Source of the DNA: an uncultured Candidatus Saccharibacteria bacterium
GTDB lineage: Bacteria; Patescibacteriota; Minisyncoccia; Phycocordibacterales; UBA9973
NCBI GenBank assembly: GCA_964496425.1
Contig: CAZBZO010000006.1
Coordinates: forward strand, 1,190-64,377
DNA: 63,188 nt
Reading direction: 5' to 3'
The notes under the pieces are model-generated. The model was not told where the DNA came from. It worked only from the letters and a program-made list of their open reading frames with translations, and did no database searches. Numbering within the stretch: position 1 is the stretch's first letter; each line of letters starts with the position of its first letter. The position numbers and the translations under genes are program-made. Shown here piece by piece: positions 1-8,388 of the stretch.

Positions 1-52
1 CCTATTGATAATGACATAGAGCAATACTAGCATAATTTGCTATACTTTTTCC

Positions 53-445
53 ATGCTTCAAAACCTCAAAGATTTCAAGGTTGTCCGCGGATATGATGTT
101 GTGTCCTACTTCAGCGGTAAGCCAATCATGGGTGATCCAGTGATCAATACCACATACAAAGGTGGTGTGTATCAATTTGCCAATGTCGCCAACAAAAATG
201 AGTTTCTCGCTCATCCGGACCACTACATGCCCGCCTACGGCGGCTTCTGCGCCATCGCAATGACCGAAGGTTCGACTGTCGATGCGCATCCAGAAAGTTA
301 CATCATTCAAGACAGTCGTCTCCTCATGTTTTACGCTACAAAGTTTCTTGGATTTTTTCTTGTCGATACGCGCAGGCAATGGAGAGCGAAACCAGCTGAA
401 TTTTTAAAAATTGCTGACGAAATTTACACTCAGCTTTCGCAGTAA
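53..445 (+). CDS. YHS-domain protein
   Basis: GYDVVSYF...YQFANVANKNEFLAHPDHYMPAYGGFCA matches the YHS family pattern; start lies 6 nt after TGC-TATACT (38-46). Confidence 0.75.
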   Translation: MLQNLKDFKVVRGYDVVSYFSGKPIMGDPVINTTYKGGVYQFANVANKNEFLAHPDHYMPAYGGFCAIAMTEGSTVDAHPESYIIQDSRLLMFYATKFLGFFLVDTRRQWRAKPAEFLKIADEIYTQLSQ

Positions 446-1558
446 TTATTTGACCTCAAAAAGTTTTTGGTACTTCAACTCCTTCCCTTTCAACCACGAG
501 GCGATTAAGTAGCCTGAAATAAATGTTGTAAGAATGCCAGTACCACCGAAGCCATAGTTGACCCAGATCGGTGTGTTGGGGATTTTTCCAATATACGGCA
601 GCCCGTTTTCTGTCGGATAGTAGATGCCACTCCAAGCAAATTCTCGCTTATAGCTTTTTGGCAACTTCAAATTTTGTCGCGCGTATTTTTCTATACTTTT
701 GTAATAATTAGATTTTGACTTGTAATCTTTTTCATACACATCTGCTCCTCCGACCCACAGTACGTTGCCTTTAAACGAACGAATATAGTGATACGGATCT
801 TCGTTGTCCCAATACACAGCTTTGGTGTAAAAGGGATCCATGCCATGTTTTTTGTACTGCACGACGAACGCACGCTTGATTGAGGTCTTGGGCGCAATAC
901 GAGGAAGGAGTACTCGGGTACCTGTTGCCAAAATAACATTTTTTGCTATAAACGTTTTTTTATTTTTTGTCGCCACCGTTGCTATATCTTTTGTGTAAGT
1001 AATATCAACAACAGGTGTTTGCTTAACAATCTTTCCACCTAAGCGTCGCACTTCTCTCGACAAGTTTTTGAGCATCGCTTGATTGTTGGTTTGCCCTTCT
1101 TGCTCGATCTCAATATACGAATCAAAAGCCGGGTGAAGCTTGGTGCCCTCTTTGATAAATTTGCATGGAACACCAGCTTTTTTGAAAATCTGGTACTGCG
1201 CAAAAAGTTTTTTAGTTTTAGCTTTTGAATTGGAGTAGATACGCGACACCAGACGCTCGGTATTGAAATGCGGTTTAGTCGTATGAGCAAATTTGGTAAG
1301 CGCTTTGGCGGACTTTTCTCCTAGTTCCCAAATATCTTTCACTCCATTAATCCCAAACTTCTTCACTACTAGTGGCCAGTGCGCATCCGGATCATGGCTC
1401 ATAATCGCATTTGAGTGGAAGCTGGCATTGTCGAGACCTTTCCGTCCTTCGAGAACAAGTACCGAATGTTTATCTTTCAAAAGATAGTACGCACTCGAAA
1501 GACCAGCGATGCCGGCGCCGATAATTATGAAATCATATTGTTTTGTGAGTGACGGCAT
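446..1558 (-). CDS. FAD-dependent oxidoreductase (DadA/PuuB-like)
   Basis: N-terminal IIIGAGIAG Rossmann motif, VILATG, C-terminal WSG...GLPYIG...GFGGTG. Confidence 0.85.
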   Translation of the reverse strand: MPSLTKQYDFIIIGAGIAGLSSAYYLLKDKHSVLVLEGRKGLDNASFHSNAIMSHDPDAHWPLVVKKFGINGVKDIWELGEKSAKALTKFAHTTKPHFNTERLVSRIYSNSKAKTKKLFAQYQIFKKAGVPCKFIKEGTKLHPAFDSYIEIEQEGQTNNQAMLKNLSREVRRLGGKIVKQTPVVDITYTKDIATVATKNKKTFIAKNVILATGTRVLLPRIAPKTSIKRAFVVQYKKHGMDPFYTKAVYWDNEDPYHYIRSFKGNVLWVGGADVYEKDYKSKSNYYKSIEKYARQNLKLPKSYKREFAWSGIYYPTENGLPYIGKIPNTPIWVNYGFGGTGILTTFISGYLIASWLKGKELKYQKLFEVK

Positions 1559-1563
1559 TGAAA

Positions 1564-1869
1564 TTAGCGCTTCATGAAAAGTTCCATGAGAGGTGCAAGT
1601 TCTTTTTGGTACTTCGCGATCTCGCTTTTGTATTTAGTCATGACATTCATAGCCGCATAGGTGTCGTTCATCCCAGCTTTCTTTTTCTCTTCTATTTCCG
1701 CTTGCACCTTCTCAAATAGCTTCATGACCTCTTTGTTGCCCTCAAGTGCTTTCAGGTTTTCAGCCAAAGCAGGATTGTTCTCGAGTGCTTCGGAGATTTT
1801 ATCTGCCTCGTCTTTCGATACTCCCTTCATGCGCAGTGCCGTTTTTGTAATAAATTTTTTGAATCCCAT
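1564..1869 (-). CDS. hypothetical helical protein (101 aa)
   Basis: Clean ORF that abuts the next gene; extended -10 (TGA-TATAGT) 6 nt upstream. Confidence 0.7.
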   Translation of the reverse strand: MGFKKFITKTALRMKGVSKDEADKISEALENNPALAENLKALEGNKEVMKLFEKVQAEIEEKKKAGMNDTYAAMNVMTKYKSEIAKYQKELAPLMELFMKR

Positions 1870-1889
1870 ACCTCCACTATATCACAACA

Positions 1890-1916
1890 AAAAATACCCG
1901 ACTAGCGGGTATTTTT
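1890..1916 (-). terminator. intrinsic terminator
   Basis: aaaaatacccg-actag-cgggtattttt inverted repeat just past the stop of 1931..2149. Confidence 0.65.
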
Positions 1917-1930
1917 GGAGCGAATATGAG

Positions 1931-2149
1931 TTACTGCAATTCTTCTTTGAAGGCCTCCATTTCGCAGGTGCCACCATCAGCTTTGCATATTTTCCCGCAA
2001 TTTTCACAGGCACTCAAAAGTCCTTTGTGCTCACCATCGGTACACGAGCATGGAGTAAGTGGATGGTTATGTTTTGAGCAGGTTTCTGATCCACAATTTT
2101 TTGGTTCTGGGGAGACGCCACCGCAGCCTCCAGTACATACGTAGTGCAT
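1931..2149 (-). CDS. small Cys/His-rich putative metal-binding protein (72 aa)
   Basis: 10 Cys and 4 His in 72 aa; terminator follows directly. Confidence 0.65.
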   Translation of the reverse strand: MHYVCTGGCGGVSPEPKNCGSETCSKHNHPLTPCSCTDGEHKGLLSACENCGKICKADGGTCEMEAFKEELQ

Positions 2150-2150
2150 A

Positions 2151-2185
2151 TAAATAGTAAATAGTTAGTAGTAAATAGTTAGTAG
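2151..2185. repeat. heptamer-period intergenic repeat, family A (gtagtaa/atagtta)
   Basis: aaatagttagtagt x2; 2166-2185 is identical to 17526-17545. Confidence 0.7.
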
Positions 2186-2244
2186 TCGACACTCTAAGTA
2201 TATGACTAATCTAAAGGAGCTGCAAATACGATATACTGTTGTAC

Positions 2245-2820
2245 ATGCATACACAGGAAGAGCTCAAGGCTTTGCATGAAAAGTGGTCTCGCGATTGCAT
2301 CTGCGAGCTTAAAAAAACTGCTACTCAACCTGTACCAGGTGATGGCAACCCAAATGCCACTATTGTATTTGTCGGAGAAGCACCAGGAAAAAATGAAGAT
2401 ATTGAAGGCCGACCATTTGTCGGCGCAGCTGGTAAATTCTTAGCAGAAATGCTTGATACTATTGGGATGAAACGCGAGGATATTTATATTACCAACATAG
2501 TTAAATATCGTCCGCCCAACAACCGCGATCCAGAGCCTAGTGAAAAAGAAGCCTGCGCGCCCTGGCTCTACGAAGAGCTCAATCTCATTGCTCCCAAGCT
2601 CATTGTATTCTTAGGCCGTCATTCTATGAATGACTTTTTTCCGGATCTAAAAATTTCTGATACTCACGGCAAAATGATCCACAAAAAATTCAAACGAATC
2701 AATACCGAATACTTTTTACCGCTCTACCATCCTGCTGCCGCCCTCTACAATGGCGGCATGCGCGAGACGCTGATAGAGGACTTCAAAAAAATCCCTCTAG
2801 TGCTAAAGAAAATAGAATAA
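2245..2820 (+). CDS. udg: uracil-DNA glycosylase, family 4
   Basis: VFVGEAPGKNED, GRPFVGAAG, NIVKYRPPNNRDP, YHPAA motifs; ATG 2245 (7 nt after TATACT) preferred over 2239. Confidence 0.92.
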   Translation: MHTQEELKALHEKWSRDCICELKKTATQPVPGDGNPNATIVFVGEAPGKNEDIEGRPFVGAAGKFLAEMLDTIGMKREDIYITNIVKYRPPNNRDPEPSEKEACAPWLYEELNLIAPKLIVFLGRHSMNDFFPDLKISDTHGKMIHKKFKRINTEYFLPLYHPAAALYNGGMRETLIEDFKKIPLVLKKIE

Positions 2821-2826
2821 AAAAAG

Positions 2827-2856
2827 CAGCCCTTGTGTATTTTTACACAAGGGCTG
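2827..2856. terminator. terminator between convergent genes
   Basis: 13-bp perfect stem cagcccttgtgta/tacacaagggctg with adjacent A-tract. Confidence 0.8.
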
Positions 2857-2874
2857 ATGTTAAAATAAAAAATT

Positions 2875-4620
2875 CTACTTCATTAATACCTGGAGCTCCT
2901 TCAATGAAACTGTTGGCAATAGTTTTTCAGGGAAAGTAATCTCTCCGATGTTCACTGCGCCATCTTTTAGCTTCACAAGCCGGATGTCATTTTTGACAAA
3001 CATCTCCAAGAGCTTCTCCGCTGACCAGACAACTTCACCCGATGTTTTAGCTGCAAGAGCTAAACTTTTTATCAGGTTTATCATCTGTTTCGGCACCTCT
3101 GGTCCAAATAGGATTCCCAGGAGTTCCACATCCTGTTCAATGGACCGGCCTGACGACTGGACCAATTTTTCAGTTGAGTTCTCATCCGATTTTTTAGATC
3201 TAATGGACTCAGGCCTTACATCATCAATACTTATTGACTTATCCCCGAGCCTTGAGTCTATACCGATAAATCTTAGATCCTCCTGTAGTAAAACAATTTT
3301 TTCCTGCATTTTATTTGACGAAGCGAAGGTAACATAAAACCACCATGGTTTTTTCGAAGTATTTTGCCTGCGATGGATTCTGAGTTTATGTTTTTTTATT
3401 AACTCAATTATCACAGCACGGCACTCCTTGGGATTTTTTTCTCCTAAAGCAGGAGGTTCCAACTCAATAGTTGATTTTATTTTTCTCGTCTTGTAGGGTC
3501 TTCTCACAGTTCCAGTTACTGCTGAAAATTCTTCCAGAGGATTGAGGCTAACAGGCAAAACGACAGATGAATTCTTTTTTTCTTTACCTGATTTTCCTTT
3601 TGGAAGACGCACAGCCACGTATCCCGTATCAATTAATACTTTCATCACCTCTTCGGTATTTTTTGACTTGGCAATAACATAAGCAAATTTACTGCGAGGA
3701 GGAGTTAGGATATCATAAAGTTTGATTCCTTTTTTTGTGAGAATACTTCGTACCCGTTCATTCAAGTACCCTGGTGTTCCAATTTCTATAGCATCGTAAT
3801 AGCCCTTGGTTTTCTGCACGACCTGATAATTCAGGATCACCGCATCAGCACTGATGAATGAGAGGAAGAAGCCGCATCTTTCAAACTTTTCCATTGCGTC
3901 TCTACGATCTTTAATTGCTGTAGTTGTGTTGGTAAAATGAATTACAGCGCGCATCTTTCCATTAGTGAAATCTACTCTGGTATGAGCGGTTATTTCTTTC
4001 ACTATGGCCTTAATTGCTTTCTCGCGAATCAGCAAACTATCGGATGAGTGTGAAAAATGGATGGCTGACAGATCGATCGAAATCTTTCTCTCTGAGTGTT
4101 CGATCATTACGGCATCTCCATAGTAAATCACTAAACGTTCCATTTCAGCTAAAAGTTGTTTCCCCTGAGCGGTGTCATCACAAACGAACACAAATAATCC
4201 ACTCTGTGTGCTTTCTTCAACCGAAGTTTTTGGAATGTTAAAGCATAAAATAAAATCCTCCCAAAATGACTTCTCTGCAGCGGCATCAAATTGCTTTTCA
4301 TCATTATTTAGCAAAGAAACGGTGGATTCTGAAATTTCGTCTGGCAATTTCATACAACTAATTTTTACTATCGTTCTATCTCCTTTGGCTGTCTCAGCCT
4401 CACATTCTTTTGGTAGATTTTCACATACCGAAGATGCTATCCCGGCATTAAAAAATTTTAATTTAAAAACTACCGGGTCTTTCGCCAACGGCAATCGTTG
4501 GTATTCTTTAGGGAGATGAGGACTTGCTCCTATTGCTGTAAGAGTAAATTTATCCTCAATAAATTTACATACGGAGTTTATTATCACTGTACGTTTGTCT
4601 AAGGAAAGCTTTTTGCTCAT
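2875..4620 (-). CDS. large hypothetical protein (581 aa from ATG 4620)
   Basis: Long AT-rich ORF with its own consensus promoter and terminator; no family recognised. Confidence 0.75.
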   Translation of the reverse strand: MSKKLSLDKRTVIINSVCKFIEDKFTLTAIGASPHLPKEYQRLPLAKDPVVFKLKFFNAGIASSVCENLPKECEAETAKGDRTIVKISCMKLPDEISESTVSLLNNDEKQFDAAAEKSFWEDFILCFNIPKTSVEESTQSGLFVFVCDDTAQGKQLLAEMERLVIYYGDAVMIEHSERKISIDLSAIHFSHSSDSLLIREKAIKAIVKEITAHTRVDFTNGKMRAVIHFTNTTTAIKDRRDAMEKFERCGFFLSFISADAVILNYQVVQKTKGYYDAIEIGTPGYLNERVRSILTKKGIKLYDILTPPRSKFAYVIAKSKNTEEVMKVLIDTGYVAVRLPKGKSGKEKKNSSVVLPVSLNPLEEFSAVTGTVRRPYKTRKIKSTIELEPPALGEKNPKECRAVIIELIKKHKLRIHRRQNTSKKPWWFYVTFASSNKMQEKIVLLQEDLRFIGIDSRLGDKSISIDDVRPESIRSKKSDENSTEKLVQSSGRSIEQDVELLGILFGPEVPKQMINLIKSLALAAKTSGEVVWSAEKLLEMFVKNDIRLVKLKDGAVNIGEITFPEKLLPTVSLKELQVLMK

Positions 4621-4657
4621 GAGTTTAAGTTTTAAAAGGGTTAGAAAAATTTTGTTG

Positions 4658-4686
4658 ATTCTACATGGAAATCTTGAGTATGTCAA
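4658..4686 (-). promoter_or_regulatory. sigma70-type promoter TTGACA-N17-TAGAAT
   Basis: Near-consensus hexamers with 17-nt spacer, 37 nt upstream of ATG 4620. Confidence 0.75.
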
Positions 4687-4717
4687 GATAGTAAGATGGA
4701 GGATCAAACTTCAATAT

Positions 4718-4741
4718 AAAAGACGGCTTTCGCCGTCTTTT
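4718..4741. terminator. bidirectional intrinsic terminator
   Basis: aaaagacggc-tttc-gccgtctttt downstream of ndh. Confidence 0.75.
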
Positions 4742-4761
4742 CTTGCAGTACATATTTAAAT

Positions 4762-5988
4762 CTAGCTTTGTTTCTCTTCTGGCGCGCAAGTCGGGCATGA
4801 CTCACAGAGTTGGTCGCCGCTACGAAATGCGATGAGTGCTTTCTTCCACGGTAATATTGTCAGAAAGAAACGAAGATCAGCAATCTCACGTGCAACCCAA
4901 GCAAGACGGCCGAAGATTTTTACTTTTCCAATAACAAGCGCCGCCCAGCCATGCCCGACCGGAATATCGTAGGCATTTTTGACGGGAATGTATTTTTTCA
5001 TACTCTCCCCCTTGCTCATACGTAAAATATTTTTGGAAATAAATCTTCCATCTCGAAGAGCGGTTTGAGCAAGTCCAGCGTACGGCGTATCCGCAGCATC
5101 CCCTGCAATAAATATATCAGTAGCTCCCTTGGCTTCAAGATGTTCCCCAACGACGACCCGCCCATTTTTAGAAAGCTCAAGACCAGGTATTGTTTTATAA
5201 ATATGGTGAGGCTTTACTCCCGCTGTCCAAATAATAGTCTTGGATGCGAGTTCCATATCTTTGAGGCGTACACCTTCGGGTGTTTCCTCAAGAACATTTT
5301 TCCCAAGCAAAATATTCACGCCGAGCCGATCGAGCCGTCCTGATATTTTTTTTGACACAATCTCCGGCAACACTGGCAGCAGTCTCGGTGCAAGCTCAAT
5401 AATATCAAGGGTAACCAATTTTTTGGGAATCTCATGACGACGAGCAAGATCGTGAAGATAGAGCGCAAGTTCGCCCGCAAGCTCTACGCCAGTCGGACCA
5501 CCACCGACTACTACAAACTGCATTTTTGCCATAAGCTCTTCTTGCGAAAGCTGCTGATGGGAATCAAACAATGAATGAAGATGCCGTTTCAAGCGAAGAC
5601 CTTGATTTATGGATTTAAAAGTGTAGGAAAGCGTATCGAGGCCTGGCACTCCAAAAAATACTGTCTCACTCCCAAGTGCGAGGACTAAATAATCATATGC
5701 ATATTCCGAACCAGTCTCCCCTTTTGCTATTTTCTTCTCAGGATCGATCCCGACGATAGTGTCGATTTCAATTCGAACGTTTTTATCGTTGAAAATTTCT
5801 GAAAGTGGAATACAGACTTCGAGCGGACTTTTGCCTGTCACGACTTTATACAAGGTCGGATAGTATTCGAAATGGTGCTGATTGTTGATAAGGACGATTT
5901 CAAGATCACTTCCACAACGTGCGAGGTCAAGAGCGCTGCGAACACCAGCAAATCCTGCGCCGACAATGATGACTCTTTTTTTATGCAT
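4762..5988 (-). CDS. ndh: type II NADH dehydrogenase (NDH-2)
   Basis: VIIVGAGFAG, VLALGS, VVVGGGPTGVELAGEL, IWTAGV, FIAGD; C-terminal CxxCxxC. Confidence 0.88.
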   Translation of the reverse strand: MHKKRVIIVGAGFAGVRSALDLARCGSDLEIVLINNQHHFEYYPTLYKVVTGKSPLEVCIPLSEIFNDKNVRIEIDTIVGIDPEKKIAKGETGSEYAYDYLVLALGSETVFFGVPGLDTLSYTFKSINQGLRLKRHLHSLFDSHQQLSQEELMAKMQFVVVGGGPTGVELAGELALYLHDLARRHEIPKKLVTLDIIELAPRLLPVLPEIVSKKISGRLDRLGVNILLGKNVLEETPEGVRLKDMELASKTIIWTAGVKPHHIYKTIPGLELSKNGRVVVGEHLEAKGATDIFIAGDAADTPYAGLAQTALRDGRFISKNILRMSKGESMKKYIPVKNAYDIPVGHGWAALVIGKVKIFGRLAWVAREIADLRFFLTILPWKKALIAFRSGDQLCESCPTCAPEEKQS

Positions 5989-6150
5989 AGTGTTATTGTA
6001 GCAAAGTTTTTGTAGGGTTCGAAATATACTCTATCGACAGTTATACTGAAGCGTGTTCTTATTTTTTTGCTTACCCTATCTTTTCCCCTCTTTTGGGTTT
6101 TTAAGCTTTAAAAATAAAGTGAAATAAGCTATACTGCTATACCAGAATCA

Positions 6151-6179
6151 TGTAAGAAAGTCTTATGTGTTTCGTCTTA
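6151..6179 (+). promoter_or_regulatory. putative ECF-sigma autoregulatory promoter TGTAAG-N16-CGTCTTA
   Basis: Resembles the SigW/SigX-type layout and ends 4 nt before the ECF sigma start. Confidence 0.55.
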
Positions 6180-6183
6180 CCAT

Positions 6184-6687
6184 ATGGATAGCGCTCATAC
6201 TCAAAATACCTTCCTTGAAAGCTTCAGTGCTTACAACGACGCAATTTTCCGATATTGCTATTTTCAGACGTCCAACCGCGAAATAGCCCTTGATCTCACT
6301 CAGGATACCTTTATGAGAGCATGGGAATATTTACAAACAGGAAAAACAGTCGGCAATATGCGTGCGTTTCTGTATCGGATCGCCACCAATCTGATTATCG
6401 ACTATCGCCGAAAACGAAAAGCGACCTCGCTCGATACCATGATTGAAAGCGGATACGATACCAGTACGACCGGAAGAAAAGAAGTAGAGAGCATCATTGA
6501 GGGTCAAGAAATACTGAAGCTCGTTGACCAGATTGATGAAAAATATCGTGATGTAATCATTATGAGATACATCGACGATATGAGTATCAAAGAAATTGCG
6601 CTGGCTATGGGTGAACTTGAAAATACGATTTCAGTGCGGATACATCGAGGACTTGAGAAATTAAAGAAACTCTATATCACAGAATAA
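6184..6687 (+). CDS. ECF RNA polymerase sigma-70 factor
   Basis: Region 2 (ALDLTQDTFMRAW, AFLYRIATNLIIDYRR) and region 4 (MSIKEIA...TISVRIHRG). Confidence 0.92.
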   Translation: MDSAHTQNTFLESFSAYNDAIFRYCYFQTSNREIALDLTQDTFMRAWEYLQTGKTVGNMRAFLYRIATNLIIDYRRKRKATSLDTMIESGYDTSTTGRKEVESIIEGQEILKLVDQIDEKYRDVIIMRYIDDMSIKEIALAMGELENTISVRIHRGLEKLKKLYITE

Positions 6688-6695
6688 AATAAAGT

Positions 6696-8336
6696 ATGGA
6701 AAAATTATACGACATATTTAAAAAAGGTACCTCTCTCAAGATGACACTTGAGGAAAAAGCGGCCATGCGGACGCGTATTTTGGCGTACATGAACAAAGCA
6801 ACAACGCCAAGTCCATATCACGGTGTTATATCTCCATACACCCCTCGATTTTCATTTAGATTTATGCATGTAGCCAAAGTCATGGCTTTGGTGCTTATCG
6901 TCGTTCTCGTCGGTGGAGAAACTTTGGCATATGCTTCACAAGACGCTCTCCCGGGCGATGGTTTTTTATACGCGGTAAAAGTAAACGTCGCTGAGGAGAT
7001 CACGGCCACCTTCAAAGTAAGTCACGAAGAAAAAATCGCCTGGATCAGCGAACGTATGGATCGCCGCATCAACGAAGTAAAAGTACTGAAAGAAGAGAAC
7101 AACCTCACGCCTGAAAATGAAAAGATCGTGACCAGCGCATTTATGGATCACACCAAAGCACTCGACGAAGATCTTGCAAAACTTGAAGCCAGCGGCAAAA
7201 GCGAAGTTGTCGTAGCGATTGCTGACGACTTAATTCCAAAGCTTGATACATACGAAAAAGTTATTAACGGAGATGATGTCACACTGGCACTTGCTCCTTC
7301 TGTGACTCTGCCTGATGAAGACACCGACACAAAAGCTCTTTCGGTTGATAGTACTGTTTCCGAAAATATTGAAAGTACATTAGAAAATACATCTTTGTCT
7401 ACCATTGATGACACTGAGAATATCGGAGGTGTTGATACTGATGGAATACAAGATGAAGACATGGTGCCACTTGCTAAAACCCTAGAAGCAGATGAGGACA
7501 CAGTGGGTTCAGAAGTCAGCGCACCCTCAGAACTTGGAGATTTGATACGGATGCAGCGCTCCGTCCTCATAGCAAAAAAAGAAGTAGCTCTGGAAAGTAT
7601 AGACGAAGAACAGCAAATTCTTGACGATGCCAAAGCAGATACTGAAAGTGAAACATCTGAACTTATGGGAATGATTGAAGGCCATGTAACAATGGCTGGA
7701 GCAACTTTCGCATGTCTCTCGCCAGAAAATGCTCTGCCTGGCATCTCGCTCACCTGTACAAGCATTGACCCAAATCTTTTTCTCGGCCGCACCCTCACGG
7801 TTTATCAAAATGATGAAATCATAACAACGATAGATTTATCGAAGACGGGACCCAACTTTTCCCTTCCCCTCCCAGTCGGTACATACGAGATAGTCTACAG
7901 CGGCGTACCGACTGACGGCATCCAAAAAGAGAAACAAACGATAACTGTCGAAGCTGACAGTAGCGCGACATATACAAATCTCATCAAACAATCAAAAGCC
8001 ACCTCAGCAACCAATGTTGCAACCGTGTCCGGCACTGTAACAGTCGAGTTTTCATGCCCCGTGTCTGATGTATGCGTAGAGCCAGTTAAAAAACCAGGTA
8101 TCTCAATACTCATCTCAGATCCTGCTACCGCTAAAGTAATCAAAACAGTATCAGTAAAAACAGACGGGACGTTTACTACCACCATGCCAGAAGGCACGTA
8201 TACTCTATCCCTTGTTGAAATAGTTCCGTCTTCCAAAGCCAGTGCTGCTCATAGATTTACAAGCATTCCTGCGACGCTCTCACTCCACGCTTACGAAACA
8301 CAGACTATTTCATTTGCAGTGTCGATAGTCCAATAG
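6696..8336 (+). CDS. putative anti-sigma factor: TM helix, DUF5667, acidic linker, two C-terminal Ig/carboxypeptidase-regulatory-like beta domains
   Basis: ALPGDGFLYAVKVNVAEEI signature after a TM helix; 8 nt downstream of the ECF sigma. Confidence 0.7.
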   Translation: MEKLYDIFKKGTSLKMTLEEKAAMRTRILAYMNKATTPSPYHGVISPYTPRFSFRFMHVAKVMALVLIVVLVGGETLAYASQDALPGDGFLYAVKVNVAEEITATFKVSHEEKIAWISERMDRRINEVKVLKEENNLTPENEKIVTSAFMDHTKALDEDLAKLEASGKSEVVVAIADDLIPKLDTYEKVINGDDVTLALAPSVTLPDEDTDTKALSVDSTVSENIESTLENTSLSTIDDTENIGGVDTDGIQDEDMVPLAKTLEADEDTVGSEVSAPSELGDLIRMQRSVLIAKKEVALESIDEEQQILDDAKADTESETSELMGMIEGHVTMAGATFACLSPENALPGISLTCTSIDPNLFLGRTLTVYQNDEIITTIDLSKTGPNFSLPLPVGTYEIVYSGVPTDGIQKEKQTITVEADSSATYTNLIKQSKATSATNVATVSGTVTVEFSCPVSDVCVEPVKKPGISILISDPATAKVIKTVSVKTDGTFTTTMPEGTYTLSLVEIVPSSKASAAHRFTSIPATLSLHAYETQTISFAVSIVQ

Positions 8337-8351
8337 CTACAACTAAAAGTT

Positions 8352-8388
8352 AAATGTAAAATCCCCATTTGATGGGGATTTTACATTT
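8352..8388. terminator. bidirectional terminator
   Basis: 17-bp perfect inverted repeat aaatgtaaaatccccat/atggggattttacattt between convergent genes. Confidence 0.8.
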
